Positions 25,701-37,700 of a stretch of DNA of 64,000 nucleotides are shown one piece after another (position 1 is the first letter of the stretch; every line of letters starts with the position of its first letter). Position numbers and translations under genes: made by a program. The notes beneath the pieces were generated by a model. It saw only the letters and a list, made by a program, of their open reading frames with translations. It had not been told where the DNA came from and did not search any database. The stretch lies in the NCBI GenBank assembly GCA_905178155.1, contig CAJINV010000018.1:1338190-1402189 (forward strand). Reading direction: 5' to 3'. Source of the DNA: Amoebophrya sp. A120. Taxonomy: Eukaryota; Protista; Dinoflagellata.

Positions 25701-28700
25701 AGTGCGGCACACAAGTCAAGCGAGGACGTGGTGTATGCGCGTCCGGCTCCGGAACAGTGGATGGATGGTTCACACAGGATGCCACCGCGTTGTGCTACAC
25801 CACGGCATGCCGATGCGGATACTCGGGCCCAAGATTCCCCTCCCCGATCACCACCCACACCTGCGGCTAGCAGAAGCTCAACTTCGTCCCGTTCCAGTTC
25901 AACTAGCAATTCCGCTTCGACAAGTAGCTCTTCTTCTACGCCTACCCTTACGTCATCGGAGTCAGAAGATCTGCCTCCTCCGCCGCCACCAGTGTTCAAC
26001 CGAGCCGAGCTCGCAAAACAAATCCCAAACTTAAACTCACCTAGTTGTTGGATCAAGCAAGGGGTAGATAATCGGGGTTGCAAAATTCGTCCACTGCTGC
26101 CGATATGGCAAGCGAGGCGCAGTTCTTCATTTTTAAGTTCTGAATTTCCCCCGGCGCAGCAGTCGCTGCACGAGGTGTACAAGGCGACATCGGCGGAGCA
26201 GATCAACGAGATAGTGGAGCGACTTAGCAGTTTCGCCCCGGCACTGCATGCCAAGGTCAAGCAGCGCCAAGCGTCTGCACATCCGGCGTATTATGCTGTC
26301 ATCAAGGGCCACAAGTTCCCGGCCTATAAAATGCGATTTATCGCAGCGGCTACGGACAAAACTGTTCTTCACGCCCCTGGCAAAGTCTTGCACTTGATTT
26401 TGTCGGCAGTGATGCAAGAATTCAAGGCCCGCGTGTGGCCTGGGGCGTGGAGCGTCGAGAGCTCGGAAGAGGCGCTCTCGCGGGTTACGGCGGGAGGGTT
26501 CGCGGAATTCGACGGGTATGATTTTGAACGATTGTACACCGGTCTTGAACACTCTTTCCTTTGCCACAACCTCCACCAGTTGAACAGCTGTGTCTTCACG
26601 GCTGGCGGTTTCCAGTCCGTTGTTCTGGGGTACGACAAGAACCGCAAAGGGCCCGAAAAGGAATTTGCGTTCCTGTCGCGGGATGCTCCGTCCTCTTCTT
26701 CGTGGTCTTTGTCGGACATCGACGCTTTGGTGCGTTGGTGCTGCGAAAGCTGTTACATCGGCATTGCAGACGTGCTTTTTTTGCAAGTCCGGGGTATGCC
26801 TATGGGCATTACCCCGGCACCGAGGATGGCGGACGGTGGGTTGTCCTGGAGCGAATGCGTCTTTGTTACGTCCCCAGCAGGACAGCAATGCCGTTTTTTG
26901 CAAATTCTTCGATATCTCGACGATTTGCTCTCTCCTGTGCAGCTTCCTCTCCACCAAATATACCCCCGGGCTTTAGCCTGCAAGCCCGAAACGATCGGAA
27001 CGGTTACCACCACCTTCCTTGACTTTTTCCTCGACGCCTCAATTCCACGCCGCCTGTTGTACTGTATGTACGACAAGACACGAGTCTTTCCTTTTTATCT
27101 ATCGAAGTTCTCGTCGTCGGCCAGCGCGGTGCATCCCGAAGCGCACCAATCGGCGTTCTGCAGCGCTGTAATCCGGGCGTATAAGAGGAATTACTTGGTT
27201 GTTCATTTCCTCCGGGACGTGGTCGAGCTCCTGGCTCGGTTCACTTTGAACGGCACTTTTCGGAGCTCGTTCCCGGGCAAAGCGTGCAAGCTGCTCGTGT
27301 CAAGACACGAAGTCCCCAAGTGGTTTACAACCGAAAAACTGGTCTCCACACTAGGGGACTGGATGAGGAAAATGCAGTCCGAAATCGCGACAATTCTGAA
27401 CCCTTCCTGGCAGCGGTTCCAGGCCACGGTTAGGGAGTAGCATCAGCCTTTTCGGTCGAGCAGAGGTTTTGCACAGTTACGGGCAGTTTTTTCGGTCGGG
27501 CAGTTGCTTTTGCACGGTTCCTAGTAGCCGGGTCGGACAATGATGGTTCACACGGTACAGGACGGCTCGAAGATTCCAAAAAGTTTCATTACAAACGTAG
27601 TACACAGTAAAAGTCTCAGCCGTAAAGTTTAGTAAGGAAAAAAAAGCCGTAGCTGCTGTGCAAAGTTGTAGTGAAAAAAGTTTCAAGAGCAAGCTCTTTC
27701 TTTTTCTTTTAACTTGGCTCCACTTATCGACCCTGGTAGTAAGTAAAAGAGTAGGGAAAGAAAACTAGCTTAAATACTCTTCAATGTTTCTATTCCGACA
27801 CGTGGCCGTCGACTTCGAACAGGTAGCCGAAAACTAAGCAAGCGCAAAACTAGTCTTAAAGCTTTTTGATTTCTTTGCGGAAAAAGGATTTGGTGGTAGG
27901 CGCCCCTTCACAACTGGTTGTTGGGTTAAAAAACAAAATAAACACTCGGAAGACGCCCCGCGAAACCTCTTGTAATCCGTCCGCCGTAGGTGAGAAAGAA
28001 AAGCATGACCTTTAGTAGTCTTGTCAACAGACGTTATTGAAGCAAAACAAAGCTGCAAGAGCACAACGAGCAGTACGCTACTGCACACACTTAAGTTACC
28101 GCTTCAAATATAGATATACCAAACTGCATTAGTAAGTTTCTCATGCCCACTACACTTAGCTACTAATTTTTTCGAATCAGCGTTAGTTTTAAACTTTGAG
28201 CAACTTTATCTCTTAATTAAAATTAGCATTTCTGGTACTATATTTAAGTAAACACACGACAACACACAAATAAACATGACGCAGTAGATATAGTATTCTG
28301 TGATTGTTGTTGTAGTTGCGCCGTATAAGCTTGTACATCGCATTGGACACACTGCGCAAATTCTGTGCATATTTTTCTTTTCACATTGATAAGAGTGAAC
28401 AGTTGGTCGAGATACGTTGCTACCACGAAATCGAAAAAAGCGACGCAACTCGTCTAGTTCCTCCTGTAGTTCCACTCGTAACGGGTCGTATTCGAAAGTA
28501 GTCAGTCGAAAGTTGATAAGTCGAAGGAGTAAAGAGTTTCGCGGACGTGCCTGAGTCGGTGGGTCGTTGACACGCTATATAGTAAAAGTTGAAAGTACTA
28601 AGTAGACCGTACAGAGTAGCAGTATGACATATAGTAAGGCAAAAGTAAGAGGCTACTTAAAACAGTAAAAGCTAGTAGCTTAGCATTAGAAATGTCTTTT

Positions 28701-31700
28701 CCAAGAGAAGAGCATGTGTTTTTTGGAGTCAAAGAGTTAGATTGGACAGTAGCAGAAGAAAGATATTTTCTTAGATCCAACCTTCCGGGGAGCTGCTTTT
28801 ACACAGTTCCATCCCCGTCGCGCGTCTCTAACTGGCAGGACGACGACTACGCACCGTGGCAGTTACCGCGCCCTCACCGATTTCAACGACCTGCTCCTCT
28901 TCTTGCAGAACTTGGTCCGGATCCATCCTTGCTGAGAACATTACGAGACCCAGAACAGCTGCCAGGGAGATTATCTTTTGACACGGCCCACGCGCTCGAC
29001 ATCCCGCTTCCGTTCCACTCCCACGAGACGAAACACGGATGGTTCTCCGAAAATAAATTCTACGGCCAGCACCTGTTTTCTACGCCGCCTCTAGTACGTG
29101 CTAGACGCGAAGATCTTCGCCAGGAACGAGCCTGGGTCAGGGCGTTCAACAGAAACTTGTCCTCCCCAGTACCGTCGTCACCACCATCGGTGCACGCCCT
29201 ACCCGCTAACACGGGGCCGCGACCAGTATCACCGGAGAACCACACCAGGGTAAACGGTGTCAGCCCGTTTCTACCGTCATCGCCTGACCATCCAGTGGAT
29301 CGCACCGACTGGTCGATCTTCAAAATCGAACGTATTTTAAGCAGTCCTGCTGCCCTCCTGGCTACCACGGTACGCGGGCGGTAAGATGGCGTTAGCACAC
29401 AACAGCGGCTCCATCTTTGAGTTCAACCTGCATGAATACCGCAGGTTAGTGGGGATCAGTAGTAGCTCCGTACACGAATCACCGTTGCCGCAACTAGCTG
29501 AACAACCGGAGCCTTCGCCGGCGCAGTCCCGGTCGGCGCGGGAGTCGGTGGCTAGCAGCATCAAGTCCTTCGGGGAAAACGTTTGTGTCGTGCTAAATTT
29601 TGACGATGCAGACTTCCCGATGCCGTCGTACGAAAATACGGTCAGATTCGTTCCGAGTAATCCCTTCAGGTGGAAACAGCAGGCACTCCATGTACTCGAC
29701 GAAAGCATTGCGATACAAGATGCAACCATGGAAGCCGCCCGATCCCCGAGCCGGAGTTTTGAGCTGCTAGACTTTCCACCATCCCCTCCGTTCGGCTACA
29801 GCCCGTGCCGATATTTCGCTTGCTTACAACAGTACCAGGACGACATCATCATCCAAGTCCCGCAGCAAGAAAGTATCAATCCGTTCCTGATGTCCCCCTA
29901 CTCCCCGCTGCTGTCTAACCCATCGATTTTTCAGATCGAGCAGATCGAACTCGACGCGATGGGCTGGCTCCCGTACACCCGCCACTTCCCGGACCCCAGC
30001 CCCCGTCAGCTGAGTACTTACGAGATTAACCGGTCCGAAAGTGCCAAACGCAGACGGGTAGGTTCTCCGCTGCAGGCCACGCTACAAGTAAACATTTCTC
30101 ACGAGTGCCAGCAGTTCGTGGCGTTCAACGAACAACTTGACGAAAACAATGTTTTACGGCAAAATCGACTCCAGTTAGCAGCTAACCAGGAGGAGGACAG
30201 GGCACCGGGATTGACTCAGAAAAATGCGGTAGCCGAGCGAAGAGTTTTCTCACCGTCGCCTACCCCGTCCGAATTGTCCCTGATGGCTGCGGGACGGCTG
30301 TGACGCGTATCATTTCAAAATGAACCACGCAGAACTCCATCACGCGATTTGGTCCGCCTCATCTTCAAACTTCTTTCAAGTTCCTGCTCGACTACGTGAT
30401 GCAATTTACGACTACTAACATCTTACGAAGAATACGACGCAAACATTACGAACCACGAAAACACAAGAACTTGTTGAACGACGCGAATGACACCTCCAAG
30501 CCAAGCAGTCTAATACCAGCACCCGAAATGCAGACTTCACGGCAGCAGACTTTCTATTCGTTGTTTTTCTTTTTTCATTCTGAACATCTTTTTCATGTTA
30601 ATGCATATTACAATGGTTAATGCCCAGTTTCAATGTAGGTAAATCTGTATATTAAGGTCTTGGACTAGAATAAAAGAAACAAACGGGTCAGAATGAAAAA
30701 GAAAGACTTCGTCTTGCTTGCATATATGCATTTTGTTCGCAGAGCGGTATTATGTGGTCCTTCGATGCATGAGAGTTAACATGCACCGAAATAACAAAAA
30801 TCGTAACAGGATCAAAGTGTATAGAGCTGGTTTTGAAAGCCAAAGAGCTCGTTCTGAAAGTCAAAATAATATTCTGGACTAAGTTGAAAAAGTCTCCGTT
30901 TTAAAACTCGGCACTGGTAGTTCGTTGTGTGTTTTCGTTCTCCGTCTTAAGTACGTCTTCAGCAACGTGGCAGTTTCGGTTCGTAGTATCATTAAGTTAG
31001 TAACATGAGATTCGTATCGAAAGAAAGAATCAACGAAAGAAGAAAAATTGAAACTCAAAAACTCGGCTCGTCTTCGTGTGTATCTCGTCTCGTAACGTCT
31101 TAGGTTGTTTTAGTTTTATACACCTCTGCCAGGTGTCGACACTGCACCTGCCATTCGGCAGGAGGAGAGTCGTATACTTTTTTGTCTGCGTGGGCTTATT
31201 TTTAGAAGACTGCGATGGGAGGTCCCGCGGGTATTGGTGAGCTAGCACCCTCGGGCTTTACCCTGCATGACCAGGGCCCTCCCATGTGAGCACTTACTTC
31301 GTACCTCCAGGCTTTTGGTTGGCATCCTTGGTCGGATGTTCCTGTTCTTGGTTGAAGTAGGACCCCGTGTGGCTGTAGCGTCTTCCTGCTTGCCCTGCTT
31401 AGTTTTTTGGCCGCGCCCCGTCGAACTTCGTACAAGAAAGCTTTCGTCTCTCCCTCGTACAAATCTCGTCTCCCCTTCCCGACGTAGTTAAACCGGTTAT
31501 TCACTCCTTTACCTTATCCCCCCCCTTGCACAGCTACAGCTATCACGCTTTGTTATTTTAGAAATTGTTTTAGTGTTGGTTAAGTGGTTACTTTCATATG
31601 CTTTATTGGTTTTAGTAGGGCATGATGCCAACGGGGACGGACAGCCCTTAGAACTCCGATGTCATGCGGAATAGGCACCAAGAAGCTCTCAAAAAATCTA

Positions 31701-34700
31701 TCATGCTAGGGCATGCATCACAGACATCCGGGCTCATGCAAAACGTGCATGACAAGTGTCAGAATCTTCCAGACCCAGACATTTTTGCATTTGATAGGAA
31801 CCTACGCAGCGGCTGCACATGGTGCACAGTATATCAAATGCAAAACTGTCTGGGTCTGGAAGAATGCAAGTTTGTCATGCTTGTCTGGCATGACTCGAGA
31901 ATCTGTGTTGCATAGGCCCGAAAGAGCCCTCTTAGCTGTCATGCGAAAAGGCAGTTTGTCATGCGGAATACATAAGACATGGCAGCCACAAAATTTGTCA
32001 TGCATAGCTGCGTATTGTGGCGCGTCTATTATTCACTTTTAACATTACAAGTTTCCAGACCCAGAGCAGACATATTTGCACCTGATACAGTAACCAGTGG
32101 TACAACGGGCAGAGTTATCAACTGTAAAAATGTCTAGGTCTGGAAACTTGTGATGCTGGGTGGCGTATCATGAGGAGGCCACAAGTGCTGGCTCAGCATG
32201 GCAAGTTTCTGAGCTTCTAGGTGCTATGCCTATTCTGCAAGACAAACTGCGTTTCTGCATGAGAGAAAAGTGGCGCTCTTGGGCAATGTGCATGACAGAT
32301 TTGAGAGTCATGCCAGACACGCATGACAAACATGCATTCTTCCAGACCCAGACATTTTTGCATTTGATAAGAGTCCGCTCGACGCAGTGAAAAACGTTTT
32401 GCCGCAGGTCTTTGTCACCCACGCCCAATTGGTGCAACCGGAAGTTGTAGATGAAAGTAGTGGTGCTGCAACTTCTACGTCGGGCTGCTCGGGGCACAAC
32501 AACCAGGTGGACGCCCTGATGATCGCCGCCGGGAGGATGAATTCTGCTAAAAACTACAAGCACTCGGCTAGTGCAACGACAGCACGACATATCGCAAGAA
32601 AAAACTGTTTCACTGTAAACTTGTCATGCAGAAAATGTATTTCACAAGTGTTTGTCTTGCTACACATGCAAGACAGTGGCTTTTTAGCTTTGTTTTCCCT
32701 TAGGATTCTCGCATGGCAAATTTTCTCTGTGATGCAGAACAAACTTGTTATGCAAAACCTGCAAAATCATCACAGTGAAGCACTTTTTTTGCACGATACC
32801 ACAAACGGTTGGCGCTGGTCCTCCGCGAGTGCAAAAGGTGTTCAACACGGACTACAAGTTGTATGAAAGTGCACACCTCCCCCTCCCCCTCATTTGTCAT
32901 GCAAACTTCCAAATCCTCCCTTTGCCTGTTGGTACTGTTTGCATGACAGATTGTTCCGGACTCCGAAACAGCACTACAATCCCCTAGAAATTTGTCATGC
33001 AAAAGCTGCATCTTTGCCAGCGCTTGTGTTGCTGTTCATGCAACACAAATGAGGGGGAGGGGGAGTTGTGCACTGTCATAAGTTGTCCAAGTCGACGTTC
33101 GCCCTGGAGCCGAAAACGAGCATGGTCATGGTCCCTCTGGACAAGATTTTGTTGGAAAACGAGCCGCAACTGTTCTTCGAATTCCAAGACACGCTGAAGA
33201 TGTGGCCGGCCATATCCTGAGTAAAAACGTCCCCACCCCAGAGTTGTCATGCAAATGTGCAATGACAGGAACAGTTGTAATGCGCAGCTCCATGAGGGGC
33301 ATTTCCAGTTGTGTTTTGGAATTTGTAAATGTAATGCTGTAAACAGGACGAGAAAGTGGCTTTCTCATGCGGCTTCGCTTGCCAACCAGCACTACACTGC
33401 AGAGGGAAACTTGTCATGCGCAGCTCCCAAAGCTTGGAGATTTGTGTTGCTAGATTCCCAACTTGGCTATAGGGTGGGGACGTTTTTCCCCAGGATAGGC
33501 GAGCAGCGAGGAGAACTGGAAAGGCGTGATCGGGACCGTAACCGAGCCGCCGGAGGCGGAGGACCGGAGGCAGTGCCTGGCGGTCGGGGAAGACTCGGTG
33601 GCGGGAGATGACCGGTACTACTACCGCGGCGGCGAGCGCTCGGGGCTGAAGCGTCTGCAGTACCACTTCTGGGAGACCGACCTGGCCTCGACCTACAAGC
33701 AGACCCGGAACGGGTCACTGGGAAACGAGTACAGCACGAAATTTTCCCTCTCCTTGTCGACCGGGTGCGTGTCCCCGCGGACCATTCTGCACGAGTTATG
33801 GATTGCAACTATGTTGCCTGGGTCTGGAAAGTTGTCATGCGTATGTCCGAATCATACGCAAACTGTATTGCGAAGCCGCGCATGACAAGTTTCTGAGCGA
33901 CTCTATCTAGCGTTAATCGCATGACAACTTGCCTTTTTGCATGACAAAGAATTGGCACTGTAGCGCAACGAGCATGACAGACTTTTCTGTATGGTCGACC
34001 AAGCATGACAAACCTGGCAATCTTCCAGACCCAGACATATTTGCATTTGATACGAGTTGGCCAAGTACGAGATCGACCGATTCCGAATATGCACTGCAAA
34101 AGTATCGTACTAGTACGTAAAAATGGCATTACAAATTGGCGCAGCATTACAAATTAGATTTGTAATGCGGATTTGACTTGAGAAAAAAATTTGTAATGCA
34201 TGACTGCGATTACTGCTAACTAGTACGATAATTTTGCAATTCATACCGAAACGACAGCACCTACTGGATCGTTTTCGAGCTGCTGTGGCGCGACTTTTTG
34301 CACTTTGCCATCCGCAAATTCCACGAGAAGTTTTTCGACGAGGGGGGCATTACGGGGAAGCTGCGGAGCTGGGAGAGCTGCACCCTCCGCCGGGACCGGA
34401 ACTACCTGGCCTTATCCATTGCAAAGATGTCTGGGTCTGGAAACAAGTTGGAACTTGTAATGCTGGTCTTACACTCCTGTGAGATCTGTATTGCATGACC
34501 CAGAAGAGTCGCAGCCACTCTTGTCATACAAAAACGCAGTTGTTTCTCATGCGGAGCGCGTATGAGGAAGTGTTCTACAAATTTGTCATGCTCTCGTGCG
34601 TGAGGGAGCGTTTTCGTCATGCACATTTTAGCATCACAAATTTATTCCAGACCCAGACATATTTGCATTTCATAGGCCTGGTGCAAGGGCGAAACGGGGA

Positions 34701-37700
34701 TCCCCTTCATCGACTCGGCCATGAAGGAACTCAAAAAGATATCACAAGGAAAAATCCCCCCTCCCCATATCAAAAGGAAGTTTCTGATGCTGGATTTGCG
34801 TATGCAAATCAGGTTTGTCTTGCAGTAGAAGACTGCAGGCTCCTGCCAAGCCTGAGTAGAGAGCTTTTGGCCTGGGCGCTTAGCATGAGAAACGACTAGG
34901 CTGTAGGCCCAACAGCATCACAAGCCGCCTGCATAATGCGGCAGAGCCTGTGGCGTTGTCTTCTTGCAAGACAGACGTGATTTGTGGTCTCAAATCAGCA
35001 CGACAAATCTTCGGAAGCATACCTTTTCGATATGGGGAGGGGGAGTTTTTCCTCTCAATAAAAGACCGGGTTCATGTCGAACCGGGGACGGCAAAACGTG
35101 GCCTCCTTTCTCATCTACAATCTGAAGATCGACTGGCGGTTCGGCGCGGAGTACTTCGAACACGCTTTGATTGACCACGACACGGCCGCGAATTACGGGA
35201 ATTGGCTCACGATCGCGGGGATCGGGTTCCAAACCCGGGATAACATCTTTAACGTGGTGAAGCAAAGTAGACAATACGAACAGACCGGGGCACACATGCG
35301 GTACTGGCTGGAAAAACCCATGGCGGAAGCCAAACAGGTATAGAACATGAGTATAGAGGTTTTTTGGAGCACCTACGTACAAAATTGAACAAATTCAAAC
35401 TTACCGCCGATGGTGATCATCATTTTACACGGTAGGAATATTATCAAGCACGAGGATCGGTTGACTTCAAAAATCGGCGCTGTGACAATCGGCGTTGTTC
35501 CCAAGTTCTTTCGCAAAACGTGAAAAAAAAGTATACCGCAACTACATTTCCACTAATCTAGGTGATGTTGCGCATCGCGAGAGAGGAGAAGGAGAACAAT
35601 GCGGACGGCATATCATATGTAAAAACGTCCCCATCCCATAGTCAAGTTGGGAACTTAGCAACACAAACCCAGAAGTTGTGGGAGCCACGCATGACAAGTT
35701 GCAGTCCGTAGTGTCGTGCATGTGAGCAAGGACAACCGCATCACAAATCCATCTGCTTATCCTGTTAGCAGCATTACAAATTCCAAAACACGAATGGAAA
35801 TGCCTCTCTTGGGGATGCGCATTACAAATGTTCCTGTAATCGCAAATCCGCATGACAACTCCGGTGTGGGTACGTTTTTACACAGGATACGGCAGTCCCA
35901 AGTTGAAGCCCACGGCGCTGCCGCTGCCGGACATCGAGATTCGCACGTACATATGCAATGCAAAAGCATCGTACTAGTATAAATCGCATGACAAATTTTT
36001 TCAGCATGAGAAAGAAAATTTGTAATGCGGATTTAACCTGAGAAAGAAATTTCAATTTGTAATGCATGAATGCGATTACGATTAGTACGAGTGCGATACT
36101 TTTGCACAGGATAGTACACGAAGACTTCGCCCCCGGAGCCCGAGCAGGACAAGGAGGACGCGTTTGTGCTGCTATCAAGTGCAAAAATGTCTGGGTCTGG
36201 AAGGATGTAACCTGTGATGCGCATTTCAGAACACACAAAAATCTGTCATGCATGGGTAGCAAAAGCTGCCCACTTTCTGTCACCAAAATGGGGGATTTGG
36301 CATGCGGGTTCGGCATTGCGGAAGCTTCTCGAAACCTGTGATGCTAGAGCTTCCATGCCAGACCTTCCGTGTCATGCAGAAACAGCATGACTCTTCCAGA
36401 CCCAGACATATTTGCAATGCATAGCTGCGCATGCTGTACCACACCCCGTGGGAAATCCAGGACGAGCGGATCCGCGAGAAAATTCCCGCCGTCTACAAGA
36501 CGCCCATCATCGTGCCCAAGGACCATTTTCTGTACAAGGTAAGCGATTTTGCGGAGGACGCGCCACCGGTCATCGTGGGGCGGAAAGCGAAAAAAGCGTA
36601 CTACGCGCTGCTGGCCGAGGCACGGGAGCAGGCGAACAAAGAGAACGAGGGGCTGACTACAACCGACGGGGAGAACATGGAACAACAGGAGAATCAAGGG
36701 ACGGGAGAAAATATCAGTTCACATCAATCTGGGGGAACCACGACCACTGCATCGACGGCGGGTGGGGAGAAAACTCCGGGAGGAAGCTCGCTGAAAGGGG
36801 TATGACCTGCTCAAACGTTACAATCTCAAACGTTACAGTAGAATTTGGAAATCTGTGATGCAAGAAGTGCATGATCTAGCCAAGTCGCATAGGACTGCGC
36901 ATGACAAGATCCGGAGTCCCAAACCGCACTACAATCTGCCGAAATTTGTGTTGCAGAAAGTAGAGTGGTCTGCGAGTCTGTGGAGTGGTCTGCGAGTCTG
37001 TCATGCTCATTATGCAAGACAAATTCCAGACTCTATTGTAACGTTTGAGATTGTAACGTTTGAGCAGGCCATAAGCGGAAAAGATCGTGGTGAATGCCGA
37101 CGCGGAGGAGGAGAGAATATGGATTGCAAGAAATATGTCTGGGTCTGGAACACTGCAACTTGTCATGCTAAGTCTGGACGATGCAAAAATCTGTGTTGCG
37201 TGATTGCCAGAAGCTGCCCACTTTTGACCAACGTGCGAGGGAGTTTCTCATGCAGGACAGACATGATAGAGTTCTCACAGAATCTGTCATGCTAGGTCCT
37301 GCATTCCAACCCTTGGGCGTCATGGAAAACCTGCATGACAAAAAACCGTGGAGGGGTCTTCCAGACCCAGACATATTTGCGTTTGATAGAGAAGCCGAGT
37401 GAACTACCAGGACAAGGAAAACAACATCCTCGGGCTGCACCAGCAGCAGGTGAAGACGACTTCGTCGAGCAGTGCTCTTCTTACCAAAACTCACAGTAAG
37501 ACGCTGACGCCCACGGCCGGATCTACAGCTACTTCCAAGACGTTGGCGAAGAATAATAATAAAGGAACAGCAGCTGCTGCTGCACACGAGGACTTTTATA
37601 ATTATTCGACGAAGAGCAAGAACAAGCTGCACAACCACAACTACAGTGGGGGGAACAATCGCGGGGGGTCTTCTGCTGGGTACAACAAAGCCACCGACTC

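Larger units (their letters stand above)
19481..31666 (+). mobile_element. Penelope-like retroelement with N-terminal GIY-YIG (Naiad/Chlamys-type), 12.2 kb
   Basis: 16-bp TSD tgtcatgcggaatagg (19465-19480 and 31660-31675), 851-bp terminal direct repeats, EN and RT motifs. Confidence 0.9.
19340..31796. mobile_element. Introner family A split by the 12.2-kb retroelement
   Basis: Left TIR at 19340, right TIR ends 31796, DR ggaac; 262 bp after removing the insert and one TSD; exon frame DGE|PTQR is restored. Confidence 0.92.

Noticed and set aside
19494-31666. LTR retrotransposon
   Set aside because: No TG...CA ends, gag, protease, RNase H or integrase motifs; the 16-bp TSD and GIY-YIG/DKA/RT motifs are Penelope-type
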